A stretch of 61,077 bases of DNA, the filler included, from Sphacelaria rigidula (taxonomy: Eukaryota): assembly GCA_964200075.2 (NCBI GenBank). It is 8 parts of 8 records of this genome, joined end to end, with 100 filler letters (N's around TTAATTAATTAA, not from the genome) between each part and the next. Parts side by side here need not be neighbours in the genome. Positions count along the whole stretch, not along the records: positions 45,884 to 53,430 come from CAXNAA020014397.1; positions 53,531 to 61,077 come from CAXNAA020014398.1; 6 more parts are not named here. One strand, given 5' to 3'. Below the pieces are notes generated by a model that saw nothing but the letters and a program-made list of their open reading frames with translations, searched no databases and had not been told where the DNA came from. Both the position numbers and the translations under genes were made by a program. Shown here piece by piece: positions 47,253 to 59,700 of this stretch. Position 1 is the first letter of the stretch, and every line of letters begins with the position of its first letter.

Positions 47253-50200
47253 GGTATCAGCGGCCGTGTCTCCACGGGCACGTGCGACGTGAACTGCCTA
47301 TCCGGTGGGCAGTGGCTCGCGGAGCAAGGCTTGGACCCCGAGGATGCTGTCGTCATGGTGGCGGAGAGAGCCGTCGCGATGCGATTGGACCGCTGGGGTC
47401 GGGAACACGGGCTCGTCGCGCCGACTCTAGGTACGTGTGCATGAGGCAAGCACGGGGCCGCTTTAGGCTTTACTTGTAAAAAACGGGTTAATGATCGCCT
47501 TGACTGCGAAGTACAAAAGTACATGGCCGTGTGCCATGATCATGTATACTCGTATGATTTATTTGTATTAAATTTGAGGGATTTGATTCGATTCGATTCG
47601 ATGCGATTGGGTTTTTCACGGTTGATTGATCGATTCCCCATACATATGTGGTGAGAATGTCGGTGTGAGTGTTGTGTGACAACGGCTCGGCCCCTCGGAG
47701 ATCAGTTAATGTGGGACAATCAGTCAAGCCAAAGCCAATCAATGTATGTATGTATGTATGTATGTATGTATGTATGTATGTATGTATGTATGTATGTATG
47801 TATGTATGTATTTATGTATTTATGTATTTATGTATTTATGCGTGGATGTATGTATGAGTGTATGAATACGTATTTGAATTCGCAAGTATAAGTTATATAT
47901 GCCGAATGAAAATGTTTGTGGCTTGATTTGTGAAGTGTTTGGCCGCGAGGGAGGGAGAGAGTACGTCTACGCCGAGTCGATCTCCAAAAAAAACATGTTT
48001 GATACGTACTTGCTTTCAGTTCCGTCCTTCTATTATTAAATAGCAAACTCGAGGGCTTGATGCACCGGGAACTTGCGTTACTTGAAACCGAAAACCGACC
48101 CTTCTTTGTATCTTCTCCTTCATTGGTTAATTCCTTTCGCTCTACTACAAGAACCCGTTTCGAAAGGGATGCGTGGTCAATGATCACACGACTAAGGCAA
48201 GCGAGAAATGAGTACGCCGTCCTCCCCCCCCCCCCATCCTACTACAAGAAATGGATTCAAGCACGCGGGTAGCGAAACGAATCAGGGTTCATATTTCAGT
48301 CCCGTGAGGGAGGGGGTGGCAAAAATCGCACGGTAGCGTTTGTGCGAGAACACATCATGTGTGTGTGTGTAGAAATGTCGATGAGTTGTGCACCGAGTTA
48401 TTGAACTCCTATTATGTTTTCTTGTGAAATGAAACATGGGTGAGGTGGCAGCTTCTTATCTTAAGATCTGCAATCAGGTTTGCCATACGTCACATGGCAG
48501 ACAGCTTTACAGAGGAACACGAACGAGGCTACCGAGCAACATGAAAACCTCCTTCCACCCACCCACCGATAGTGGCCACAGACGGCGAAGCAGGAGGGAT
48601 GCCACCTATAACAATGTTTTCGTGAGATTTATAGTAGGGGATACGATTGAGAGTGAAAAGCGGTCAGGTAGTGAATGAATCATTTCAATTCCGAAATGCT
48701 CCCGAACCACGCCCGATATGCTTTCTGTAGTAGCTTGCCACTGAGGCCCTCGATATCCCTGAGTAGGGTATCGACGTGTAGCTGTAAGCACACGCTAGTG
48801 ATGGAGGCAAAAAGAACCACACACGGAAGGAAAATTTGGCCAAGTTAGAGCGAATGATTAGAGGCACTCTCAATCAGCGCTCTACTCTCAATCTCACGAA
48901 TACGCTGTTATATGTAGAAGGTTTTTGTGTAATGCATGGAAGAACCGTAATGAGCGCCGAAATGTTGGAATTGTCTCTTATTAGAAGTAGGAACCATACT
49001 CCGCCTCGAAAGGCATGCGTAGTCAATGGTCAAGCGACTAAGGCAAGCAATAAATGAGTACGCTCCCCCTCACACCCACCCACCGACCCCCCTGTCCATC
49101 ACCTCTCTATCAGGCATGACCACGTCGAGTAACGGCACCGATGACGACGAAGATGGCGCCGGAGATAAGGGCGGCGGAGACCCTACGGAACAGGGTATTG
49201 CTGCTTTGGAAGGCAGCCACGGTAGCATCAGCGGGGATAGCGGTGACGGCAGCGGAGGCGGGGGCGGACAAAGCGGCAGCATTAGGGTCTGGATTGGAGC
49301 GGGCGAAACGACGGAGAGTGTGGCCTCAGCTGATGAATTTCGGCTGAGGTTGCTCGAGGCTGTGCTGGGGCTGTACAGCAACCATCCGCTGAACTACGCG
49401 GAGCTGGAGTCGAGGTTTCATGCACTATCGTTTTTCCTCTGCGCGCTGCCGTACTACGAGAATCGGGAGCTGAAAGGACTGGCGCTCAAAACGCTGGAGG
49501 TTATCTGCGTGAGCTTCAAGGTTAGCCTTGTCTTGTTTTCGCTCTTTGGATGGGGGGGGCGTACTCATAGGGGGGGGGGGGGGGTATACACACTGTTATA
49601 CTTTTATACAGAGTGGATGTGTGGGGTGACCTTGTCCGCTTTTTTATTGTNNNNNNNNNNCATTTTGTGTCGCACTGTGGCGCATTTGGCTCCGTGCTGG
49701 CCGGAGGAGCCGACGGGTGGGGGGTATACACACTGTTATACTATTATACAGAGTGAATGTATCGGTCGACCTTGACAGCTTTTGTATTGCTATGGTGGCT
49801 GACCTCTCTCTTTTGCGCTACTACTGCTTGAGTAAAAATAGAGTCAGTTTCCATTTCGATAATATTTTACACGTACACACGTGCCAGCTCTTTGCATGAA
49901 AAACTTGTTACCATTACTTCGTATCCACCCCCCTCCCCCATGAAACCTGTCATTTGGATCACGGCCATGGTTCATTTCACCACTCGTACTCAGTCCATAC
50001 CCACACATCGGACAGATCATGATCCGTCTGAGATCACTGAAACAAGAGAGACTCTTGGATTTGTTAGTCCAAAAACACAAAATATGTGACCGCGGAGTCA
50101 GAAAAGTCAAATGCGCTACTCGGCGTGCTCGTTCTCCGGCGCTGAAGGGAGCAAACATGACAAGGGGGGGGGCAAATGATCCGGATCATGATTGGGATCA

Positions 50201-52550
50201 GTATACTGAGAGAGGAAGTAATTTTCAGACGGATCATGACCTATCCGACGTGTGATATCCTTCAACGGGGCAGGGGGGGGGAGGGGGGCGACTGTGATTC
50301 AAGATACCTGGTTCGTTCCACTACTCTCGTCTCTAACCCTCGTCATGTAAGGGGAGGGTGAGGGGTGGGGGATGGTGGTGGTGACGGGGGGTATGTGTGG
50401 TTCATGTTCGCGTGGGTGTTTTGTGAGTGCTTCTGTGATCGATGGTTTCAAGGAGGTTCCACATCAGGCGTTGCGGTAGCTAGAAACAGGACTGGAAGTA
50501 TTGTTTGATTTATTTCGCACATTGGCATCCTCCCCTCCCCAAGGGAATCTCGTGGGGGCCCCGCTGGGCGATGGTACAGAGTTGAAAAGTGGGAAGGAAA
50601 TCACCCCTGCTATGGGGTGGTATAGTATTAACATCCCCGTTCCCCCCTCCCAAGGGATGAGGTATGTAGAAGGTTTTGTGTAATATGTTGAAGGAACGTA
50701 ATGAGCGCTTAAATGTTTCAAGTGTCTCTTATCAGGAGTAGGAACTGTGCTCCTTCTCGAAAGGGATGCATGGTCAATGGTCAAGTGACTAAGGCGAGCA
50801 ACAAATGAGTACGCCCCCCCTCCTGCCCCCCCTTATGAGCCTATCATGAAGAGTTTTTGTAGAGACGTGTGCTGCGCGGACACACGACCTCGTGATGTCT
50901 ACTTTTTCATAGGTGGCATGCGGTGCGTTGTGGGTTTATACGATCCAGCAGGTACTGTGGCGTTTCTGTGATTGGGGGCGATTTGTTTGGGTAAAGATTT
51001 CCCCCCGGCTAGGTAGTATTGCGAGGATATTCTTGGATGTTTTTTTGTTTTGTTTTTATGACGTATCTCTTTCGTGTAATGGGTGCTCAAGACCAACCTT
51101 CACCGGACGCTCAAGGTTGCGAAGTCCTCTGCTCGCTTATCCTCCACCAGTGCTTCGAGGTTATTTGTTCGTGTTTTTTGTCCGCATCTTTTCGACAATT
51201 TGCTTTTTTTGTGCGGTGATGGGACTTGGGTTCAATATAGCGGATCGGACTTGTGCACATCCTGGGCTCAATGTGGTAGTTGCAACAGACAAGAAAAATG
51301 TACTGCGTTATGTAATGTACAGTACCATCGCAACCATTGTCGACTATCCGACACGACAACAGTTGCCATGCTCGTAGGCCTATACTTGATACAAAACATT
51401 TTTTTGTCTACTGCGACTTTTGATCATACTTTGTCCAGGGTGGGGACTTGTGAGAAATGACTTTGTACTGTACTGGAACCCCGCACTAAAGAAGATCGTA
51501 CTGATTGCTGGGATCCCCACCGTATGCCGCCCCCGCCGTCGCTGTCTTCGTCCTATATATAAACATATTTATATATCCATATGTATCAGGATGTCCACCC
51601 AAGGGACGCACTCCACTCCACATCCACCGCGTTCACCGTGTGCCTTGATCACATGATGGGGCTGCTGAGCGATCCTCTCTCCAGCACCGGGCTGGGCCGA
51701 AAGGTGTCTCTAGTGTTGACCCCGACGGACGGCGTAGAACGTGCCTCAAGCGGGGCCCCGGCGAACCTGGGGGGCGTGGAAGGGGATGTATTGAACGGGG
51801 GGGACGATCTGGGCACTCAGGGGCGTGGTATGGCCGTACCTGGGGGGGGACAAGGTGCCGGAGCATCTGGTGGCGATGTTGTGGGGAAGGGATCCAGGGG
51901 TGATGCGGCGGGGGATGTGGCGGTAGTGGATGCGGTTGATGATGCTAAGAAGAAGGCGGCGTTGGATAAGGCGCTGCTGTTGCTGGAAGACGCGGATATG
52001 ATGCGGCGCATGTTGGAGAAGCTTCTTGAGTTCGACGAGAAGAAGTATACTGCCATGTTCCAGGTGCGTGCGTGCGTGTGTGTGTGTGTGTGTGTGTGTG
52101 TTGAAGCTGGAGAGATGGGTGGCAAGTGTTTCGGGTAAATGTGTGTACTATATATACATCGTTGAAGTGTGCCAACTTTTTTGCCCGTGCCTTTCATGTG
52201 AAAGATGTAGATGGTCATTCGACTTCACCTCTACCTAATTCGTCATCATCCTTTTCAACCCCCCTCCCACCCCCCCTCCCCCCGCTTTGTTTTGGTCAGA
52301 GATGTGGGAACTGGATAAATGTGACATGAAAATTTTTAGTATATCATATTGTGCGGGGTGGAGAAGCCGAACTCTGCGCAAAGGGGATGATCGTACTACG
52401 TAGTGTTTTTATGATGTGACACCCAGGAGGCGCTGTGCAACCCATGGCTGTGAAAGAGGAGGTACCAGAAGATAAAGCAACTCTTTGTGGGCTGTCATCT
52501 ATATGCAAGATAATCAGTACGCTTCGGGTGGTTAATGGTCTTATGCCTAC

Positions 52551-52594
<44 letters not shown>

Positions 52595-53127
52595 GCGCAC
52601 ACCGCAAAAATGGTATAACCCTCCTATCATTAGAGAGGGGGTACGAAGGTACGAGAGTAGTAAAACGGACGCGGGTTCGAACTATCCTTCCGTCTTTCCA
52701 TCCTTTGACACCCGCTTTCACCCCGACTCTCCAATCCCCCCACCCCAAAAAAACAACGACAGGCGACAGGCATACTTGATCAAGTCTTGCAGCCTCTTCT
52801 CAAGCGAGTCCTCACGCTGAATGTCAGCGGTAGCCCCGGTGCGGCGGAGCTCTGGCGAGCCATGCGCCACCCTGGGTTGCTGGCTGCAGAGGGAGGAACG
52901 CCGGGAAGCGGGACCTCGGGGGGGGAATTGAGTATCTTAGTCTGCGGCGTTGGAGGTGGAGGCGGCGGCGATATTACACCTGTAGCGGAGACCGGCGCGT
53001 TGGCCTTGGTGTCGCGGGCAACGGGGCTGTTGTGCGGGACTCTGGCGTTGCTTTTGGGCTATAGTCCGGCGATTTGCCGGCAGTTTCGGGCGCTACGCAT
53101 GCACGACACGCTATATGATGTCATCCG
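47253..53127 (+). CDS. WDFY3/ALFY/LvsA-like (BEACH family) armadillo region, partial; exons 47253-47430, 49114-49520, 51590-52063, 52763-53127
   Basis: LLEAVLGLYSNHPLNYAELESRFHALSFF...LEVIC and KYTAMFQ|ATGILDQVL resemble the WDFY3 N-terminal helical region; introns GT-AG and phase-compatible (1,0,0); BEACH domain itself not in contig. Confidence 0.65.
47741..47860. repeat. (ATGT)n microsatellite
   Basis: Directly visible. Confidence 0.95.
48607..48912. mobile_element. MITE (TATAACA...TGTTATA family)
   Basis: TATAACAATGTTTTCGTGAGATT / AATCTCACGAATACGCTGTTATA; body shared with 56145-56407 and 56442-56740. Confidence 0.85.
50005..50252. mobile_element. Small inverted-repeat element
   Basis: CACATCGGACAGATCATGATCCGTCTGA inverted against TCAGACGGATCATGACCTATCCGACGTG. 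Confidence 0.6.
52553..52590. repeat. (CT)n microsatellite
   Basis: Directly visible. Confidence 0.95.
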
Positions 53128-56100
53128 GTGAGTTTCGCGGTGTGTATGTGTGTGTGGATGTTTCGTGCTTCGTGTTCTGTATATTATGTCTCTGTCGTTA
53201 CGACCCTGCTCCCCGTCGAGCCATATGGGGGCATACGGAATTCCGTATGTACTTTGACTATCCGTCGGTCGGGTGACCATAAAAGCAAGAGCGATCTAAA
53301 TACACGAGGAGAGAGAGAGGAAAAGAGAAACACAGAGTGGGGGAAAGAGGGAAAGGGGGGGGGGGGGGGGGGGAGAGGAGAGGGGGCAGACGACCCTGCT
53401 CTTGCTCTCATCTTCGTCAATAGGGCGGGGNNNNNNNNNNNNNNNNNNNNNNNNNNNNNNNNNNNNNNNNNNNNTTAATTAATTAANNNNNNNNNNNNNN
53501 NNNNNNNNNNNNNNNNNNNNNNNNNNNNNNAGAGAGAAATGCCACTTCAACCCCATATTTTGTATGAACCCCAAAATATAGAATCGGCTGTTAGTTGTGA
53601 CTAAATGCACCGATCGACTGCGGTGTACACGCGTGTCGATGACGATATCACCAGAGAGAGAAGCAACGATAGAGAGGAAACTCCTCGCCCGTGTCCTTTG
53701 TGTGCCGTCGCTGAGCGGTTACCAATCGCTCGAGAGACTAGCATCATGCATGTTACCAGCACGTACCGAATTTCTCATGTGCCGGTAGGTATCTCCAAAG
53801 AACATCGAGCTGCGGAGAGATTTCGTCTCTTCGTCTCTGGAGGTCACCAATGCGAAGATCGATTTCTCCCTGCCTTTCTTTTTGGACAGGACGCGCTTCT
53901 GTGCAGTGAAAAGCAGGGCAATGTTCCCGTCACCGCTACTACTGTTCTATGCCACACACATGCCAGCAAGGATGGTACGCTGCGGCAAAAATGACAGATG
54001 ATCCAATTTGAACTTGGGGGGTGTTATTCATCGTCGGTTTTACCCGACATGACGTATCTGACCATCATGGCGCTCGACCACACTAGCCTGCCACAGGCCA
54101 GTTGGGGTGTGTGTGTGTGAGTTAAAAAACATGTGGGGACCTCCTTGACATGCGGACTGTAAAAAGATACCTATGATGGTGACCTAACTGTTGCTAGCGT
54201 GGTGCAAAGGGGTGCGTCAGCTGCAATCTGGAGCTTTCGTTGCTCTACTCTCCTGGCTTCCGTCTGCAGAGCGTATGCCGAGAGGTCACACACGGTAAGA
54301 ACATGTTATTATGTACCTAAATTCGAAACAGCTACTACTGTATGAGAACAGAACGGTTCGGCTTTCGAAACTACGTTCAGATCATTGAAATGTCTCTTGT
54401 TACCCGAGGAACTGCGACTTTCCCGTGCCCCCGTCAGGTATGAAAGAAGGACGACAGAGGTTTTGGGAGTGCATGTAACGCCCGCGGGGGAACACAGAGT
54501 TTATCGTGTATCAAAATCCCCGCTTCCCTACCTTCAAACAGTTCCTGCCCGTTGCTTTCTAATAAGAACATTAAAAAGTCGATTCGTGTTCCGTAGTGTA
54601 CTGATTGGCGGATGCCAATGCCAGCAACGTTTGGTGGTGCAGTTCGACAGTATCTTCGAACGTTTGACCAGACCCAAAGCGGACACTTTCCCTCGGGTCC
54701 CCTGTTCTTCGTTCGTTGCCGCATATACAACTCTTTGCCATTTTTCAGGATCTATATGATGCTACTGTTGTCAACCGTTGCGTATCGCCAGCAATATATG
54801 ATATAAAATTAATTGAAAATGATGATAATTTAGATGTAGACGATTGCAGCGAGCCGGACGAGCACAATGATTGATCGAGCGAAGGCCAGGGAGCTCACTA
54901 TGCGAGCCCCAATCGCCTCCCCCAGGGCTGGCGAGGGGACCCCGCTGGAGGTGCCGCCGGAGAGAAGAATATACATTGAGACGTTTTCGGCTTCATTTCT
55001 TATCAACATTACAGTATTCAAATTGCACCATCAAAACTGGTGGTGCTGAGGCAGCCGACCTTAGCAAAAATAGTTACCGGATAGGTTTCTATGGCATCGT
55101 CGAGATGGCCACGCGAGGAAAGTTGGCGGGAGGGGGGGAGGGCGGAGGGTGGTGGGGGGGGAGGGTTCTGTCTGTTGACAAGAGGGTACGAGGCTACATT
55201 TTCCGTGAAAAAAGTAACCTGATTGTTGTGTGCTTTCTAGTTTGTTTTGATGAATAGTTGACTTCTTTCTACAACCAACACACGACAAACCCACACGCAG
55301 ATCACTGCAGCGTTCAGGTGCCCAACTACAATACTGTATCTATGTACGCCAGCACGCTAGAGAAAAACACTCTAGCACGCCAGAGGACTTCGTGCTATGT
55401 ATGAGCATTCGTCGTCTGCAAACATTAAACATCAAACACAACACAGCGTGTGGACTTGGGCCTCTTGAGCGCTGACTTAACTCTCGCAACTTTCATGCCT
55501 ACTTTGGTTTGAGGTCCACCGGCACCGGGGGGCGGGGCGTACTCATTTGTTGCTTGCTTAGTCCGGGGGCCGCATTCTGCTGCACATCATCTTCATCGTC
55601 AGAGCTCCTCGAGAGCTGCAGGCATGCGTTCTTGTGGTCTACAGCTGTAATGTGATCGCGTGTTTGTGTTTGTGTGCTGTGTGGTAGTGCCGAGCATGGG
55701 AGTTCGATAAACCCCCTGTTTCCCTGTTTTTGATGCATTTCTACTCCAGAGAGCACCCCCCCCAAAAAACAAATTCTCGGTGCAACCGTCGGTCCGATTT
55801 TTCCATGTTCGATGCAATACATATATATATTCAACAATTTATTAATGATTAATTAATTTATTAATTAATTTATTAATGAAATAATGTTTGAGGATGGATG
55901 GTTGGATGGTTGGATGGTTGGTTGGGGTTGAAGTTTATTTTTTGGACAAGGGAAAACAGATATACATCCCCCCGGAAATATTAAAGGTATCCGTGCCCAT
56001 AAGATACACAACCAAACGTACTCTCTCATCTCCTACAGTAGTGTACGACTCAGTCTCCGATAATTCCAAAACTCAGCCGTCTTAATGTACTGTGTATTCA

Positions 56101-56144
56101 TGTCCTCATATCACCAGTTCGATATGACTGAATTGCGATCAATT

Positions 56145-56740
56145 CATGAAGTTCTCGTGAGATTAAGACCCCAGGATGCGATTGAGAGGGAGAAGTGGTC
56201 AATTAAAGAATGAAATATTTTCACTTGCAAAATGTCCCCCCGGGCCTTGTATACACTTCCTGTAGTAGCTTGCCACTGAAGCCTTTGATATCCCCGAGTA
56301 GGATATTGGCGACAAAAGCACACGCAAAGTGAAAGAATGGTCAAGTTGGAGCGAATGAAACATCCTCAGTCTCAACGCTTGACTCTCAATCTCACGAAAG
56401 CAATGTTTCCTATCAATGTATTTATCTTAAAAACTCAGCATTACAACGTGTTCATGAAATTGAGGGTAGAGCGTTGATTGGGAGTGAGCTTTGTCATTCG
56501 GTTCAACTCGACCAACTTGTCATTCTGTGTGTGCTTTTATTTGCTTGTAACACTGGCACGTGCTTACAGCTTCACGTCGAGATCCTACTCAGGGATATCA
56601 AGGGCTTCAGTGGTGGGCTACGACAGGAAGCGTTTAGGATATCGTGGAGGGTCATTTTGAGGCTGAAACGATTCATTCATCGATTGACCGCTTCTCACTC
56701 TCAGTCGTGTGCTCTACTATCAATCTCACGAGAACGTTGT
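56145..56740. mobile_element. Two copies of the same MITE in inverted orientation (56145-56407, 56442-56740)
   Basis: CTGTAGTAGCTTGCCACTGAAGCCTTTGATATCCCCGAGTAGGAT in copy 1, its reverse complement in copy 2. Confidence 0.8.
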
Positions 56741-59700
56741 TGCATGTCGTCATATCCTTGCTTCGACTCAAGTGACTCAACTCTCCACACGTGAACCAAC
56801 TCCAGCGGTGCCAGGGACGTGAGCTTGGCAGCACACTTAGAGTACATGTATTTACAGTATCTCGCCCCCCCCGAAATTCGTGTTCAGGTGGAAAATCAAT
56901 CCGGGGTGTGGTGCATTTTTTCTCCTACGGGTCACCTCTTGAGTCGTATAAAAACTAGAATTTATTATGGGAAGTAAATACCGCAAGTCGAAAGTACCAC
57001 ATCGAAATCAACTACATCGTGAAAGCCGGCGTAGAACACCTCGCACATGGTGACACGCCGAGATACAGGGAGGGAGAGCCCCCCAACAAGAACAAAACGT
57101 ACCTTTTCTGATAACACGTGACCCCCGTGAAAAAGGCGTGATGTTATTGGACGCGACTTATTTCGTACGTCGATATTGTATTTTCATCTCTTCCCCACCA
57201 TGCACACACTGCAGCGCAAGCGCCGTTCGACAAGCTACCACCACCACCAACATGGTACAACAGCACAGGCTGTGACGACATTCGGAAGTCTACATGTTGA
57301 TACTTGTCATGTACACCAAACCAGAAACATGTCGCCGCCTCCCCTACAAGAGACATGATCGAAACGGTCATACTCGGAACGACTGAGAAACGCTGTGGAT
57401 TCACGTGTGAACCTTGAAAATAAAAAAAACACTTTTTGGCTGATGAGACGTACATCTGCGTAAGAAGGATCTGTCCCGTCGGGCGACAGGCGCATTCAAC
57501 GGTTAACGCAACTGCCGCGGAGGAAGAGGTGAGGCTCCACAGTTCCCCGCGTCTCTCGCGGAGAAACCTCGGGGGAATATTCTGCAAGGCACGTAGCCTC
57601 GCCGGAAACTTTGCGCGGTTGGTTTAGCGAGTTATAAGCGCCGTCCGTCACCCGATGCGATAGGACCTCCTGGCGGGTTTCATGCGTTTGCGCGAAAGCG
57701 AAAGTTGTATGTTTTCAAAGTTTACACTGTACACGCGATCCCTGTACATTCCTCGTCCCCCGTTTGATTGTGTCGATTGTTCTTACATGTTTCATCACCT
57801 TCATCCAGACCATCCCCCCCCCCAAAAAAAAAAAACTTGCGAACGAAACCACCGAGTACCAGCTAACATATTGGAAGATTGAAATGAAAAATCTGTCCAG
57901 CTACCCTCGTTCCTCCCCACTAGGCAACAATACGGGGTCATCACCCGCCGTCCTACAGTAAAATTGCGACTTCTCCAGCACCTTTGATCGTGGAAAAGAA
58001 AATCACTATCGCTCGCGAACTGCCCTTCCATACCCACAGCTTCATTGTCAGTGAACAGGTAATAACGTGGCTTGCCGGATCGATATCTTGCCACTTGCGC
58101 TGGACGCTCCACACGACCCCCTCCCGTACCCTCGGGAGGGCAAAATGACGCGTGGTATCGCTTCCACTGACCGCGCCGCGGTATTTACCTAGCTGCCGAC
58201 TAACAAGGCGCTTCGCGTAAATTACGCAATGTTCGCGCGGCACTCAACTGGAGGACACTCTGCAAGCGTCAGGCGCGAATATCCCACTACAGCTGGCACT
58301 GCACCACTGTAACGTCGCCGTCCAAGCGCATCGCTTCGCGTCAATAGTGCGAGCGCGTGCTCTTCAACGTGGGGAAAATTCTGCAACATCACATCACGAC
58401 AGCTTGCACTGAACCACCACAAAGTCGTCGTCCAAGCGCATCGCAGTCGCTCCGCGCCGTGGGAATAAGGAATTTCAATCGCAGCAACCGACTGGCACTC
58501 AATACTGAGTCGACCCATGGTGACGACGGGTACGCGATAGCAGACTCGAAAGTATGCATTTTTCATAGCCCATAGTACACATCTCACTCACTCCCGATCC
58601 ACGATCCTTGGAGAATAATACCTATGCGTTCCGCACAAAGCAGTGCGGGGACAAAACTGCATCACGTTCCCATACTCTACAAAGGTGAACCTTGGACAGG
58701 CACATGTACTCCGCAGCAACCACCAGCCCGAGTCGATAACTCCTACCGCATGCCGTTACGATATACTGAGGCGGGCATCAATATTATGGCAGTAAGAAGA
58801 TCCACATCACGAATCTACCCACCTGCCCCTCGGCATGTTTTGAATCCGAGGAAATAAATTCTCTCGAAAACCAATAACACGGAGCTACCCAAAGCCTCAA
58901 CGGTGACGCAATGGTCAATAACAGGAAGATAGACTATATCTAAAAAAACAATGTGACAAATTGAGCACCAGCAAGCCAAGGGCGAGACACGGAAAACGGA
59001 AGGATGAGCAGACGTCAGCGGACTCCATGTTGATGAATACTCTCGGGTTATCTGCCCCCCCGCCCCCCCGAATGAACTCACTAAACCAAACATATATCGG
59101 AGGCGATCGGTGAAGACCCAGGCATTTCTACACCATACCGTAAAAGGTACGCCGCCTCAAAGTCGCGCAGACCTGGACACTACATCGCAACTAGAGCCGA
59201 GACTTTCCTGGCTAGAACACCCCGGCCAAGTCGTGTGCATAGCCCAACAGCACGGCGCCACAGAGGCTTCGAAACATCAGGATTCAAAAGACATTACTTG
59301 GCTTGCACATTCAGGGCCGCAAACCTCTCGGCAACACAGGCAGGCCATAGATCACTTATCAAAAAGCCATTTTTGTGCAAATATTCAAGAGACAAAACTC
59401 GTACAATTATACGCAATAAAAATACTGTTACGGTTTGATATCATGTCACGGCTGGACCCATGGGTGGTCACTTAAAGTGCGACAATCAATTAATCAGTCA
59501 AGCTACTGACATGCACGCTCGTTGGCTGTTCCTCTTCCCCGATCGGAACTCGCGAGCTGCATGACAGCGCGTCGAACCGCGCATCGCTAAGAGGGCAAGA
59601 GTACCGGGAAGACTGCACTACCGTAGAGCTATACCTCCAAGTGAATAACGCCACCACCGGAACAAAAACACGAACAAATGTTAAAATGCAACCATCGACG

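Noticed and set aside
53531-56100. Protein-coding gene in the last contig
   Set aside because: Only short frames with no motif or phase-consistent exon chain
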